In this document: positions 8,461 to 19,500 of the stretch, piece after piece
How the letters are laid out: each line of letters starts with the position of its first letter
Position numbering within the stretch: position 1 is the stretch's first letter
DNA from: a virus
Taxonomy: Duplodnaviria > Caudoviricetes
Length of the DNA: 60,501 nt
Reading direction: 5' to 3' (one strand)
IMG/VR virus record: IMGVR_UViG_3300030116_002908
Span: 1-60,501 of that record
Notes under the pieces: model-generated
Seen by the model: the letters and a program-made list of their open reading frames with translations, nothing else
What the model was told of the DNA's origin: nothing
The model's database searches: none
Program-made: the position numbers and the translations under genes

Positions 8461-10601
8461 TGCCTATAAAAACTTTAAAATTTAAACCAGGTATCGTGAA
8501 AGATGTAACACCTTATGCAAACGAAGGTGGGTATGTTGATGGTGACAAAATACGTTTTCGTTTTGGTTTTCCAGAAAAAATAGGTGGTTGGGTTAAGTTT
8601 AGTCCGAACTCTTACCAGGGCACGGCTAGAAGATTACACAACTGGGTTGGTCTCGATGGATCTGATTTCTTAGGTGTTGGATCACATTTAAAATATTATA
8701 TTGAAGAAGGTCAAACTTTCAATGACATCACGCCAATCAGAACGACAACAAGTGCTGGTGATGTAACTTTTTCTGCTACAAATGGCTCTAGTATAGTGAC
8801 TGTTACAGATGCAGGCCATAGTGCTATTGTTAATGATTTTGTTACATTTTCAGACGCTGCAAGTTTAGGTGGAAATGTAACAGCAGCTATACTTAATGCA
8901 GAGCATCAAATAACAAGATTTGTTTCATCTAGTCAGTATGAAATAACTGTGAGTGTAACAGCCAGTTCATCTGATAGTGGTAATGGTGGCGGTAGTACAG
9001 TGGGTACATACCAAATTAATACTGGTTTAGATAATACAGTTGGTGGTACTGGGTTTGGAGCAGGTCAATATGGCGGCACAACCAGTGGTGCTTTATCAAC
9101 AACAATTAATGAGGGTGGCACATTTACTGATTCAGATACGACACTTACCGTAACAAGTGGTACTGGCATAGCTAACAATGATTTTATATTAATTGATGAA
9201 GAAATTTTAAAAGTTACAAACGTAGCAACAAATGATCTTACAGTAACAAGAGCACAGAATGGAACTACAGCAGCCACTCACGCAGATGGTGCAACTGTAT
9301 TTTTAATTGAAGGTAACGCCTCCTCTGCTGATGATTTTGTAGGATGGGGTGATGCAGCAAGTGTCACGGTTCCTGGTGCACAGATCCGAACTTGGTCACA
9401 TGATAACTTTGGGGAAGATTTAATTATCAATCCTAGAGATAACGGTTTATTTTACTGGGATAAAACAGATGGGACAAGCTCTAGAGCTGTAGAGTTAAGT
9501 GCAACTTCCACGTTTAGTGGAGAAAAAAGTGTACCAACAATAGCAAAACAAGTTTTAGTATCTGATGTTGATCGTCATGTCATAGCCTTTGGTTGTGATG
9601 CAGTAAACTCTAGTAGTAGTGCTGCACAAGGAAATGGTGTACAAGATCCATTGCTCATAAGATTTAGCAGTCAAGAAAACCCGGTTGACTGGTTTCCAAC
9701 AGCGACAAATACAGCTGGGGACCTAAGACTTGGTGCAGGTTCGACATTTGTACAGGCGGTTGAAACAAAAAGAGAAATACTTGTTTACACAGATAAATCT
9801 TTACACTCAATGAGATTTATAGGCCCGCCATTTACTTTTGGTATTACGCAAATAGCATCTAATATAACTATCATGTCTCCAAGTGCAGCTATTGCCACAG
9901 AGGATGTGGTATATTGGATGGGTATTGATAATTTTTATGTACACGCTGGACAAACTGCACAATTGCCTTGCACAGTCAAAGATGAAGTGTTTACAAACTT
10001 TAATTTAGAAGAAAAAGATAAAGTTGTCGCTGGTATTAATTCTGAGTTTGGTGAGGTTTGGTGGTTCTATCCGTCAGCAAGTTCATCAGAGAATGATAAG
10101 TACGTCATCTGGAATTATGTAGAAAAAGTGTGGTACTTTGGAAGTTTAGTTAGGACGGCTTGGTTAGATCGTGGTATAAGAAACTTTCCTATCGCTGCAA
10201 GCACACCACATTTATTCAACCATGAGTCTGGATTTGACGATGATACCTCTGCCATGACTGCTTTTATAGAAACTGCTCCGATGGACATAGGAGACGGAGA
10301 TAAGTTTGTATCTCTTAAAAGGGTTATACCAGATCTTACATTTACTGGATCTGTTACTGGAAGCTCTCCAAACGCAACATTTACAGTAAAAGCGAGAGAC
10401 TTTCCTGGCTCTGATTTTGATCAAACAGGTACAGGCACAACATCAAGAACCGCAACAAGTCCTGTTGAGCAGTTTACAGAAAAACTAGATTATAGAATTA
10501 GGGGCAGATCTTTTGCAATAAGACTTGATTCTAGTGCATTAGGGTGTAAATTTAAGATGGGGACACCCAGAGTTGATATTAGAGAAGACGGAAGAAGATA
10601 A
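8460..10601 (+). CDS. Tail nozzle / DNA-stabilisation protein (P22 gp10-like)
   Basis: 713 aa with beta-propeller-like motifs; C-terminal RIRGR...D.REDGRR; position in the tail operon. Confidence 0.6.
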   Translation: MPIKTLKFKPGIVKDVTPYANEGGYVDGDKIRFRFGFPEKIGGWVKFSPNSYQGTARRLHNWVGLDGSDFLGVGSHLKYYIEEGQTFNDITPIRTTTSAGDVTFSATNGSSIVTVTDAGHSAIVNDFVTFSDAASLGGNVTAAILNAEHQITRFVSSSQYEITVSVTASSSDSGNGGGSTVGTYQINTGLDNTVGGTGFGAGQYGGTTSGALSTTINEGGTFTDSDTTLTVTSGTGIANNDFILIDEEILKVTNVATNDLTVTRAQNGTTAATHADGATVFLIEGNASSADDFVGWGDAASVTVPGAQIRTWSHDNFGEDLIINPRDNGLFYWDKTDGTSSRAVELSATSTFSGEKSVPTIAKQVLVSDVDRHVIAFGCDAVNSSSSAAQGNGVQDPLLIRFSSQENPVDWFPTATNTAGDLRLGAGSTFVQAVETKREILVYTDKSLHSMRFIGPPFTFGITQIASNITIMSPSAAIATEDVVYWMGIDNFYVHAGQTAQLPCTVKDEVFTNFNLEEKDKVVAGINSEFGEVWWFYPSASSSENDKYVIWNYVEKVWYFGSLVRTAWLDRGIRNFPIAASTPHLFNHESGFDDDTSAMTAFIETAPMDIGDGDKFVSLKRVIPDLTFTGSVTGSSPNATFTVKARDFPGSDFDQTGTGTTSRTATSPVEQFTEKLDYRIRGRSFAIRLDSSALGCKFKMGTPRVDIREDGRR

Positions 10602-10831
10602 TGGCATTAGTTGGCATACCACCACCAAGGTTACCAGAACCACCTGAAGTTATAACTAGACAATATGTAGAAGATCTAGTGCGTTCTTTAGAGATATTTA
10701 TCTCACAAGAAAGAAACCCTGGTGAATTACGGGCAACTAAAATTACATTGACTGATTTACCGACAAGTTCTAGTGGTCTAGAGGTGGGTGCGTTATTTAA
10801 TGACAGCGGGACTATTAAAATTGTTACATAG
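10601..10831 (+). CDS. Small tail protein
   Basis: 76 aa; TDLPTSSSGLEVGALFNDSGTIKI; coupled to the nozzle gene. Confidence 0.6.
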   Translation: MALVGIPPPRLPEPPEVITRQYVEDLVRSLEIFISQERNPGELRATKITLTDLPTSSSGLEVGALFNDSGTIKIVT

Positions 10832-10862
10832 ACTTAATAGTAATTATAAGGTAAACTAGGGC

Positions 10863-12386
10863 ATGGACCGAGCCACACAAAAAATTGATATGCCGGCGGG
10901 CGGTATCGGTGATTTTATTTATACCGATGAGGAACTGGATCTATTAGAAGCAAACGAACTTGAAGAAGCTTTTGGTAAAGATGGTATTGCACAGTTTAAA
11001 GACGTTGGTAAAAAAATTGCTGAGTATGGTAGATATGGCGATGATACGGTTGCTCACGTTGAAACAGGCGAGCTTATCGTGCCACGGGCCTTAATAGAAA
11101 ATAATCCAGACCTTAAAGAAAGCATTTTTTCTCACTTAAAAGAATTAGGGGTAGAAGACCCAGAGAGATATGTTGTTGGTACAAAGAAAAACAGTATAAA
11201 TCCTGACACAGGTTTACCTGAATTTTTCTTATCAAAATTATTTAAGGGTATTAAGAAAGGTGTTAGTAAGATAGGTAAAGGCGTGTCAAGAGCCCTTAAA
11301 GGTGTAGGCAAGGCTTTAAAAAAGGTTGCTCCTGTTGTTTTGCCAATTGTGTTAGGTATGACACCTCTTGGCCCTATATATGGAGCTGCACTTGGTTCAG
11401 GTATATCTACACTTATGCAAGGCGGTGATTTAGGGGATGCCGTAAAAAGTGCTGCCTTAGCGGGTGGGGTAGGTGCCATATATAGTGGTGCCAGTAGTGC
11501 TATTGCAGGAAAAGGTTTTGGTACAGGTGTGTCAGAAGCTTTAGCCGGCCCCGGAGCACGTTTTTCACAAACTTTATCAGATCCTTTTAGTTCATACCAG
11601 CCCACTGCCACGCAAAATTTAGTTAAGTCAGATATAAAACCAGATCTTTATGGCGAATTTGACCCATTAATACCAGAAGCGGGTTCCAAGCAAGTCGCTG
11701 GTGGTAAAAGCACTTTAGACACCATAGGGGACTATATGTTTAGAGGCGGAAAATCTAAAAATGAAATTATTGCAGCTCAAGATTTAGCAGAGCAGAAATA
11801 TTTAGCAAACGCTAAAGCAAAAGGTTTTGCTCCTACAGAAGCCGGTATTAAAGCTGCTAGAGCAGATGCAGGTCCAGGGTTTTTATCTAGATTTGGTCCA
11901 ACAGCTGGTTTAGCTGGTCTTGGCCTTTATGCGGCCGGTGCCTTTGATGCACCTGAACAAGAAAGATTAAATATACCTGAAAGCGGTCTTGATGTATATA
12001 ATAGAAATCCTAACATTTTTAACGTCGCTGGCTTGACACCAAATTTAGCGACTGGACCTTTTAAAATACCAACAAACTATACTTTTAATTATACACCGTA
12101 TCGATTACCAGTAGATCCTTTTAAAAAAGATGATCCACCTGTGTTCATACCACCTTTTCAAAGAGCAGCTGAAGGTGGTGAGATATTTCCAAGAAGAAAC
12201 GGCGGTATAGGACCAAACGAAGGCACACCGGGTAAAGATAGCGTTAGAGCTATGCTGATGCCGGGCGAATTTGTGATGACAACAGACGCTGTAAGAGGTT
12301 TAGGTAACGGAGATCTTAACACTGGCATAAAAAATATGTATAGTGTAATGAGTAAGTTAGAGAAAAAAGGAAAGGCGATGGCATAA
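10863..12386 (+). CDS. Internal virion / DNA ejection protein
   Basis: AHVETGELIVP, INPDTGLPEFF, Gly-rich hydrophobic segment, C-terminal GTPGKDSVRAML.PGEFV. Confidence 0.6.
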   Translation: MDRATQKIDMPAGGIGDFIYTDEELDLLEANELEEAFGKDGIAQFKDVGKKIAEYGRYGDDTVAHVETGELIVPRALIENNPDLKESIFSHLKELGVEDPERYVVGTKKNSINPDTGLPEFFLSKLFKGIKKGVSKIGKGVSRALKGVGKALKKVAPVVLPIVLGMTPLGPIYGAALGSGISTLMQGGDLGDAVKSAALAGGVGAIYSGASSAIAGKGFGTGVSEALAGPGARFSQTLSDPFSSYQPTATQNLVKSDIKPDLYGEFDPLIPEAGSKQVAGGKSTLDTIGDYMFRGGKSKNEIIAAQDLAEQKYLANAKAKGFAPTEAGIKAARADAGPGFLSRFGPTAGLAGLGLYAAGAFDAPEQERLNIPESGLDVYNRNPNIFNVAGLTPNLATGPFKIPTNYTFNYTPYRLPVDPFKKDDPPVFIPPFQRAAEGGEIFPRRNGGIGPNEGTPGKDSVRAMLMPGEFVMTTDAVRGLGNGDLNTGIKNMYSVMSKLEKKGKAMA

Positions 12387-13294
12387 TGGCAGTAGAAGAA
12401 ACCATACAAACCGTCAGGGAAAGTCCTGAGATTGAAGCCTATCGGATAGGACTTTTAAAATCAGCAAAAGAATTAGCCGATCAGCCTGTTACCTTGCCAA
12501 CACAGCAAGTAGCAGGGCTCACGGGTCTTCAGGAAGCTGCTAGAACGCAAGCTGAAACAGGATTAGGTGCTTTTCTACCCTATCTTACAGCTGGTGGTCA
12601 GACGTTAGCACAGGCCGGTCAAACCTTAGGCGGGGTAGAGTCAGCTTTAAGAGCAGGGGCAGGTCCAGTCACACAAGAGCTTTTAAATACTTACATGAAC
12701 CCTTATCAACAGGCTGTTGCTGATGAGATAAACCGTGCTTATGATATACAACTTAGTGGGACAAGAGCTGGAGCGGTAGGCTCAGGTGCTTTTGGTGGGT
12801 CACGAGCACAAATAGCAGAGTCAGAAATTGACAGAAACAGAGCTTCTGCATTAGCACAGGCTCAAGCACAAAACTTTTTACAAGCACAACAAGCAGCAGA
12901 AAGAGATCTTGCTAGACAAACACAACTAGGCACTGGAATTGCAGCTCTAGCGGGACAACAAGGGCAATTAGGTTTAAGACAAGCTGCTCTTGGGGAGACA
13001 GGTCAAGCACTACAACAAAGAGACACAGAAAGTGCCTTTAGACTTGGCCAGTTGTTACAGGCTCAAGATCAAGCAGTGCTAGATGCAGAAAGACAAAGTA
13101 ATTTGGCACAACTTTATGAGCCATACCAACGATTAGGTTTTCTTGGCGATGTGTATAGTAAGACTCCGACCTCCCAGTCTACTATTACACAAGCCAGTTC
13201 ACCTAGCGTATCACCGTTTCAGCAATATTTAGGCCTCGGTATTGCAGGATTATCAGCGGCAGCAGGGGCTCAGAAAGCAGGGTTATTTGGATGA
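12386..13294 (+). CDS. Internal virion / DNA transfer protein
   Basis: Gln/Ala-rich, YMNPYQQ...GAFGGSRA motif, hydrophobic C-terminus. Confidence 0.6.
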   Translation: MAVEETIQTVRESPEIEAYRIGLLKSAKELADQPVTLPTQQVAGLTGLQEAARTQAETGLGAFLPYLTAGGQTLAQAGQTLGGVESALRAGAGPVTQELLNTYMNPYQQAVADEINRAYDIQLSGTRAGAVGSGAFGGSRAQIAESEIDRNRASALAQAQAQNFLQAQQAAERDLARQTQLGTGIAALAGQQGQLGLRQAALGETGQALQQRDTESAFRLGQLLQAQDQAVLDAERQSNLAQLYEPYQRLGFLGDVYSKTPTSQSTITQASSPSVSPFQQYLGLGIAGLSAAAGAQKAGLFG

Positions 13295-16200
13295 TGAATA
13301 GAACATTATTACAACGTCAGATGTTTCGTCAAGGCGGAGCAGCTGTGCCAAATCAGTATAAGGGGTTTTCTAAATTGCCAGAAGAAGTGCAAATGAAAAT
13401 GAATCCTGAGTTGGCAAAAAAATATAAACAGGGTGGGGAGGTTTTTAACCCAAACAATATATATAATATAGTTCGTTTTTTTCGAGATAATCCGGGCACA
13501 ACGGTAGAGGATTATAACAGATTTTTTGGCACTAACCTAGACCCAGAAGAATTTAAAATATTTGAAAAGCCCTCACAAGTGCCACCAGAAACTCCCCGTA
13601 TGACTAGGGAACAATATAGAGATAGGGTTATGATGCCACCTCAAGATTATGAAGAACCTGTAGGAACTATGGGTGCTATAAGGTTAGGTGATCAAATGAG
13701 AGCTCCAGGAACTGCTAGTTTGGCTTTTACTACAGAGGGTACAGGGCCTCAAGAACAACGAGAGTTAAGAGAGCAACAAGACATTGATGAGGCTATAGAA
13801 GTTGGAGAAAGAGGTGTTTTTCCAATTATAGGGTTAGAAGAAGGTGGCGTAGCTGGTCTAATGAGACAACCTGATATGGCTAGTATGCCAATGGGGCAGG
13901 CTTCAAATCAATTAGATCCTAATATGTTAGCCTCTACCTTAGGTGAAGTAGCACAAGACACAGGAGATTTAGAGCAGGCTCCGGACTTTCAATCTATGAT
14001 GAACCAGTTTTCAGGTGAGGATAAATCAGAAGAAGAAAGAAGAGATGATTTAGCAAGTATAGTTGGACCAGAAGACGCGGCTCAAACACCAGATAGTGTT
14101 TTAGCTTTGGTCACACCGGTAGTTCAACTTAGTATGGTAGAAGAGGGCATTGCACCGATGGCTCGCGAGGCAATGGATACACCAGTTCAGGGCGATATGG
14201 CTGGCGGAATAATGAGCATGACGGGGGCTGGAAACGAACCACCCGAAAATTTTAAATATGGCGGTGAGGTTCGCCGCCGTGGAGACGAGGACCCAGTTTT
14301 AAAATTTAGTGAAGGCAAAGGAGTACCAACAATTACTCCTATGACCGACTTCAAAATGGATTTAGGATCAGAAATAGAAAAACTTAAACCTGTTTTTGAA
14401 AAATATATGCCGACAACAGATCCTGAAACTAGAAGAAATCAATTACAGTCTGACATTTTGTTCGATATAGCGAATACTGCACTTGCTTTTTCTGCACCTA
14501 TGCAAAATGAAAGACCCGGAATGAGTGCCGCCGAAAGAATTGCTTTAGCCACACAAAACACACAACTTTTACCAAAAATCCAACAAAGAACAGCAAAAAG
14601 TGTTGCAGAAGCAAAGGCTGAGGAAAAAGCACCGACAGCAGCTGCCATACAAGCAGCTATTAATTTTACTGGAAAAAAATTAGAAGCTATAAAAGGTGAA
14701 AGATTAGAATCTTTAAAAATTGGTGGAAATTTAATTAAACAGTCTATAGATATAGCTGCGAAAAAAAATGCTGCAACTGCTTCTTTTGACAGGGAAAAAA
14801 TATTAAAAGGATTACAAAACAAGTTAAATATTAATTTAGAACAAATAAAACAAAAACTTAAATTTGGTTATGATAAAGAATTAGCTGACTTAGCAAACAC
14901 AATTGAAAAAGAACAAATTAAATTAAAGGATGAATTAGAAAACCTTCAAATCGAAAAAAAGCATGAGAACGCCATAGATCTTTTTAACAAAGAGTCTGTT
15001 TTGAAAAAAGATATGCAAAAAATTGCACAAGTCCACGAAATAGCAAAACTTAATAAAGAAATTGAATCAAGAGAGGGTATTGCAGCTGCAACCAATCAAA
15101 CAAAACTTACAATTAATTCTGAAACAAATAAATTAAAAAAATATATTGCAGATAATAAACTAGAGTTTGACGAAAAAACTTTAGCGTTTAATAAACTTCA
15201 AGAATTAAATAAACAAAATCAGTTAAGTTTTGAAAACAGTTTGAGCTTACAAAATTTACAGTTAGATAAAGATAAGTTTTCCGAAGAAAAAACTCAAAAT
15301 GATATAACAAATACCTTAAATAAATTAAAGTTTGAAGAAACACAGTTACAAAATTCAATTAAGAACGAACAAAACCAACAAACTATTAATATTTCAAAGA
15401 AAAGATTAGAAGAGATAGATGCAGTACGAGTTAGTTTAGAAAAATTAAAGACACTTGATGGTATAGCTTTCAATAAAGAAAAAATTAAATTAGAAAAAAT
15501 GTTAGCAGGTCACAAAATTAAATATGAAAATAGTAAATTACAAATTGATGAAAGACTTGCGGGTGTTAAATCCTTTTTAGCTACTTTAGAAAACAGTAAG
15601 TTTTTATTTCAAAAACAAGCTAACAATTTAACAAAGTTTGGTAATTCTTTGGATGCAAAGACTTTAGCTATAATATCAGATAAAAAAACAATAGATAATT
15701 ATGCGAAAGGCGGTAATTCTCAATCTGATTCTAATATTAATGCCCTCGTTACTGATTATCTTACACCAAAAGATGTTTGGAATCCTGAAACAAATCGTTA
15801 TGAAAAGAAAACAAATAAATTACCAACAGAATTTATTAATGCTATGAGAAGTCGTAGTAATATAGCGGGTGCCATATTACCAACTGGAGTAGAATCTATA
15901 TTAAAAAAAGATCCTGACACAACAGAGAAAACTGAAGAGACTAGTAAGTTTTCTTTTTCAATGAAGTTTGGAGATCAGACAGCTAGAACAAATCTTAATG
16001 ACATAAATGTGCCACAACCAAAAATTGATTTTAGTCTCGTAAAAGGTACCGGTTCAATAGCTTTTCTTAAAAATGCTTTTAACATAATAGCTGAAGCTGC
16101 TCTTCCTTTAGTTGGTGTAACCAGCGACCCGTCGTTCACTAAAACTAAAGATGCGGCTACAAGTTTGAAACAATTAAACACTCAGTTTATTCAAACATTT

Positions 16201-16551
16201 ATGAGAACATATGAAGGTAAAGATAGTGTAAAACAAATAGAAACTTTAGAAACTCTTACAGCGGAGCCAGCTTCATTTTTTACAGGCGATGCTGCCGCTA
16301 AAGCAAAAATAGATGCAATATTAACATACATAGACAACGCTTTAGTTGTACAAACTACTCAAATTAATTTCTTACCTCAAGGTGAAAAAGATTATGCGGA
16401 TACAGCCACTAAAATTGTACAGCTAAAGCAATTGAAATATGCTTACAAACAATTTTCAGACGCTTATGCTTTTCAAGGTCAGTTTTCGTTTAAACCACAA
16501 GGCAAAGGAAGAGAAATTGATTTCTCAAAATATAAAAAGAAAAAAGATTAA
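13291..16551 (+). CDS. Large coiled-coil internal virion protein
   Basis: 1086 aa with long heptad-rich stretch; located in the ejection cluster. Confidence 0.55.
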   Translation: MMNRTLLQRQMFRQGGAAVPNQYKGFSKLPEEVQMKMNPELAKKYKQGGEVFNPNNIYNIVRFFRDNPGTTVEDYNRFFGTNLDPEEFKIFEKPSQVPPETPRMTREQYRDRVMMPPQDYEEPVGTMGAIRLGDQMRAPGTASLAFTTEGTGPQEQRELREQQDIDEAIEVGERGVFPIIGLEEGGVAGLMRQPDMASMPMGQASNQLDPNMLASTLGEVAQDTGDLEQAPDFQSMMNQFSGEDKSEEERRDDLASIVGPEDAAQTPDSVLALVTPVVQLSMVEEGIAPMAREAMDTPVQGDMAGGIMSMTGAGNEPPENFKYGGEVRRRGDEDPVLKFSEGKGVPTITPMTDFKMDLGSEIEKLKPVFEKYMPTTDPETRRNQLQSDILFDIANTALAFSAPMQNERPGMSAAERIALATQNTQLLPKIQQRTAKSVAEAKAEEKAPTAAAIQAAINFTGKKLEAIKGERLESLKIGGNLIKQSIDIAAKKNAATASFDREKILKGLQNKLNINLEQIKQKLKFGYDKELADLANTIEKEQIKLKDELENLQIEKKHENAIDLFNKESVLKKDMQKIAQVHEIAKLNKEIESREGIAAATNQTKLTINSETNKLKKYIADNKLEFDEKTLAFNKLQELNKQNQLSFENSLSLQNLQLDKDKFSEEKTQNDITNTLNKLKFEETQLQNSIKNEQNQQTINISKKRLEEIDAVRVSLEKLKTLDGIAFNKEKIKLEKMLAGHKIKYENSKLQIDERLAGVKSFLATLENSKFLFQKQANNLTKFGNSLDAKTLAIISDKKTIDNYAKGGNSQSDSNINALVTDYLTPKDVWNPETNRYEKKTNKLPTEFINAMRSRSNIAGAILPTGVESILKKDPDTTEKTEETSKFSFSMKFGDQTARTNLNDINVPQPKIDFSLVKGTGSIAFLKNAFNIIAEAALPLVGVTSDPSFTKTKDAATSLKQLNTQFIQTFMRTYEGKDSVKQIETLETLTAEPASFFTGDAAAKAKIDAILTYIDNALVVQTTQINFLPQGEKDYADTATKIVQLKQLKYAYKQFSDAYAFQGQFSFKPQGKGREIDFSKYKKKKD

Positions 16552-19500
16552 ATGGAACAGCAACAAATAAATAAAACTCCTTTTGACATAATATCTGCAC
16601 AAAAAGATGGTATTTCTATTGAAGATATATCTAAAAACATCTTGGATAGTCAAGGTATAGATTATGACAATCTTGTACTTGGGGAACTTAAAAAAAACCA
16701 AAATTTGGAACCGGGAGAAAAGCCTATAACAGCTGACCAGATACACGATCAAATCATAATGACATATGCTGAAACTTTAGACGGTCAGCCTTATACAAAT
16801 CCTAACTCTTTTAGACTTTTTACAGAAAGTGCACTTGAGGGTCTTGCTAAAAGTGGTGCTGGATTACAGGGTGGTATCATGGGTTATCAAATTGGTATGC
16901 AATTGCCGGGAGCTTTTAAAATATTAACTCCTCTTACAACCATAGGCGGTGCTGTAGCAGGCGATATATTTATGGACAATATATTTGAACTTTTTAATTT
17001 TGAGGACAACGTAGTTCCGAGTAAAAGACCAGTTCAAGTTTCAGGAGAAACAGCTGGCGGTACAGCTGCTTTTAGCATTTCACCTTTTTTAGCAGCTAGA
17101 CAAGTCATGCCCGGCACCATAAATTGGATGAAACAAAATGCTAGAGATTTTGGCGGCCAGGTCAGTAGTACCTTTTTAGAAAAATTAGGTTATACAGCTT
17201 TAAAAAATCCTAGATTAACAGCTGGCATAGAAATAACATCTGGGTTTGGCTCTGCGATAGGGGCCGGAATATCTGAGGAAGAAGACCCTGGAGATGAGTT
17301 TAAAAGATTTACAAGAGAAATGTTTTATGGAACTGCCGCAGCTCCATTGATTTTTCAATTAGGTCCTTCCATCGTATCTGGTGTTAAAAATTTAATATCA
17401 TCATCGAAAGGTCGTGAGGGTTATGTTGGTAGGGAGCTTAAAAAAATTATAGAAGAAGGAGGCGGTGATCCTAAAAGAGTGCTTGCTTTAATTGATGAGT
17501 CAATTAATAGAGGCATATTAGATTCTCCTGCTGCTATAACTGGTGAAAAAGGATTAATTAGTTTAAACAAAACATTGTTTAAAGATTTCCCCGCACTTCA
17601 ACCTGCTTTAAAAGCTGAACTACAAAGAAATCTTCGTGCGACTGAAGCATTAATTATTAAAATGATAGACACACAAGACCCAACTATTATAGCAGAGGCT
17701 GCTAAATTAAGAGATAAATTATATAAAGCTAAAGTAGGCTTGAGAATTACTGATGCTCGTCTTAAAATTACTAACATAATTAACAAAAGGTCTGCTGAAA
17801 ACAATACTTCTGAAAATGTTGGTGTGCTTGTTTCAAAGATGATGAACCAAGCTATCAAAGATGTGCGAGATGAAGAACAAAAATTATACAAACTTATTCC
17901 AGGAAATGCTACTTTTAACACGGTTAACACAAAACAAACTTTACTTGATTTATTAAATCCGAAGAAAAAAAATAGTCTTTTACCCGGTGAGCTTGAAGAA
18001 CTGGGCATCAATAAATCAGGACTTCAAATATTAAATAAAATTATTGGAACTACTGAGACAAAAGGTAAAACCTTTCAAAATTTATTTTTAGAAGCCGATA
18101 ACGCAACACAAGAAAGTTTTTTAAAAGTTATAGGTTACAGTCCGCAACGTGTAACTGGGGTTAGTCCAAATGTAAGTAATCGTTGGTCACTTGATAAGTC
18201 CATAATAGAAGATGATTTTGGTTTAGAAAAAGGGTCTCTTAAAAATTTAACTATTGATGATTTAAAAAATAAAAATTTTGATAAAATTAAATCGGCACAA
18301 TATAGCCAAGAAGTGATTGACAATAGTGCAGAGGAAGGCGTTACATTAGGTCTTTTCGGTGACAATCGTAAAGACGTAGAGCAACTATTTGATGAACTAT
18401 CAACAAGACATTTGCAAACATTGAGAAATGATGCAAGAAGTTTTCAAAAAAGTAATCGGTCATTAGCCAAATTAATAGATGCTTCAGTAACAGATTTCAC
18501 AAAAACTTTGCCTGAGAGTGGTGATGATCTCGCGATAGATACCAGCAGACTCACTATTAATGAAATATTAAATTTGCGTTCTCAAATATTTTCCGCTGCT
18601 AAAGTGCAAAGTTCTGCGGGCAGTACAAGAAATGCACATTTTTTAAATAAGATAGCTAATTCATTGACAGATGATATTGGATTGAGGGCTGAAGATGGAA
18701 CAGATGAAGTAACAAAACTTATTAAAAATGCTCATGCTTTCAGTCTAGCTTTAAATGATACATTTACTAGAGGCTTTCCAAACACTTTACTTAAAAAAAC
18801 TAAATCAGGCCGGCTTGCTGTTATACCAGAATTAGCTGTCAATTCAATACTCAAAGGTGGCGGTGACGCCGTAAGTTACAACTTTAATGGTTTAGAGTCT
18901 GGCATACAAATGCTGGCAAAAGGCACTAATAAAGAATTAGCAGAAGAATACTCAAAAAAACTTGGGACATTGAGTGGTGCTCAGGAAGACATTTTACAAT
19001 TAGCTTTTACACAAATTATTGATTTTGATACGAACACAGTTAATCCGCAAAAGCTTGCAAGGTTTATGAGCCCGGCTGAATACGGAAAAGTGTTAGAGCG
19101 TTTTCCAGCATTAAAAAAAGATTTATCTGATCTGCAAACTGCACAAAAATTATTTGATGACCGAAAAGCTTTATACGGAGACTTTAATCAATACGGAGGC
19201 GTGTTAGGAAAAGGTCGATTATCAGAAAAAAAGAATATAAATAAAATTTTTACATTTGCTGATTTCCTACCAAATGAAACTAATCCAGGAATTGTAATCG
19301 CAAACGCATTAGGAACACCGGAACAAAGACCAGGAAACCCTGTGGGCAATTTAAAAAGATTGATTGCTTTTGCAAAAAAGACAGGTAATAAAGATGTTTT
19401 AACAGCCTTAAAAGAAGTCATAATTGACAGAGGCTATCAGTATGCCTTGTACGGTAAAGATAATTTAGTTGATTTTAGAGCTTTTAAAGATTATTTGTTT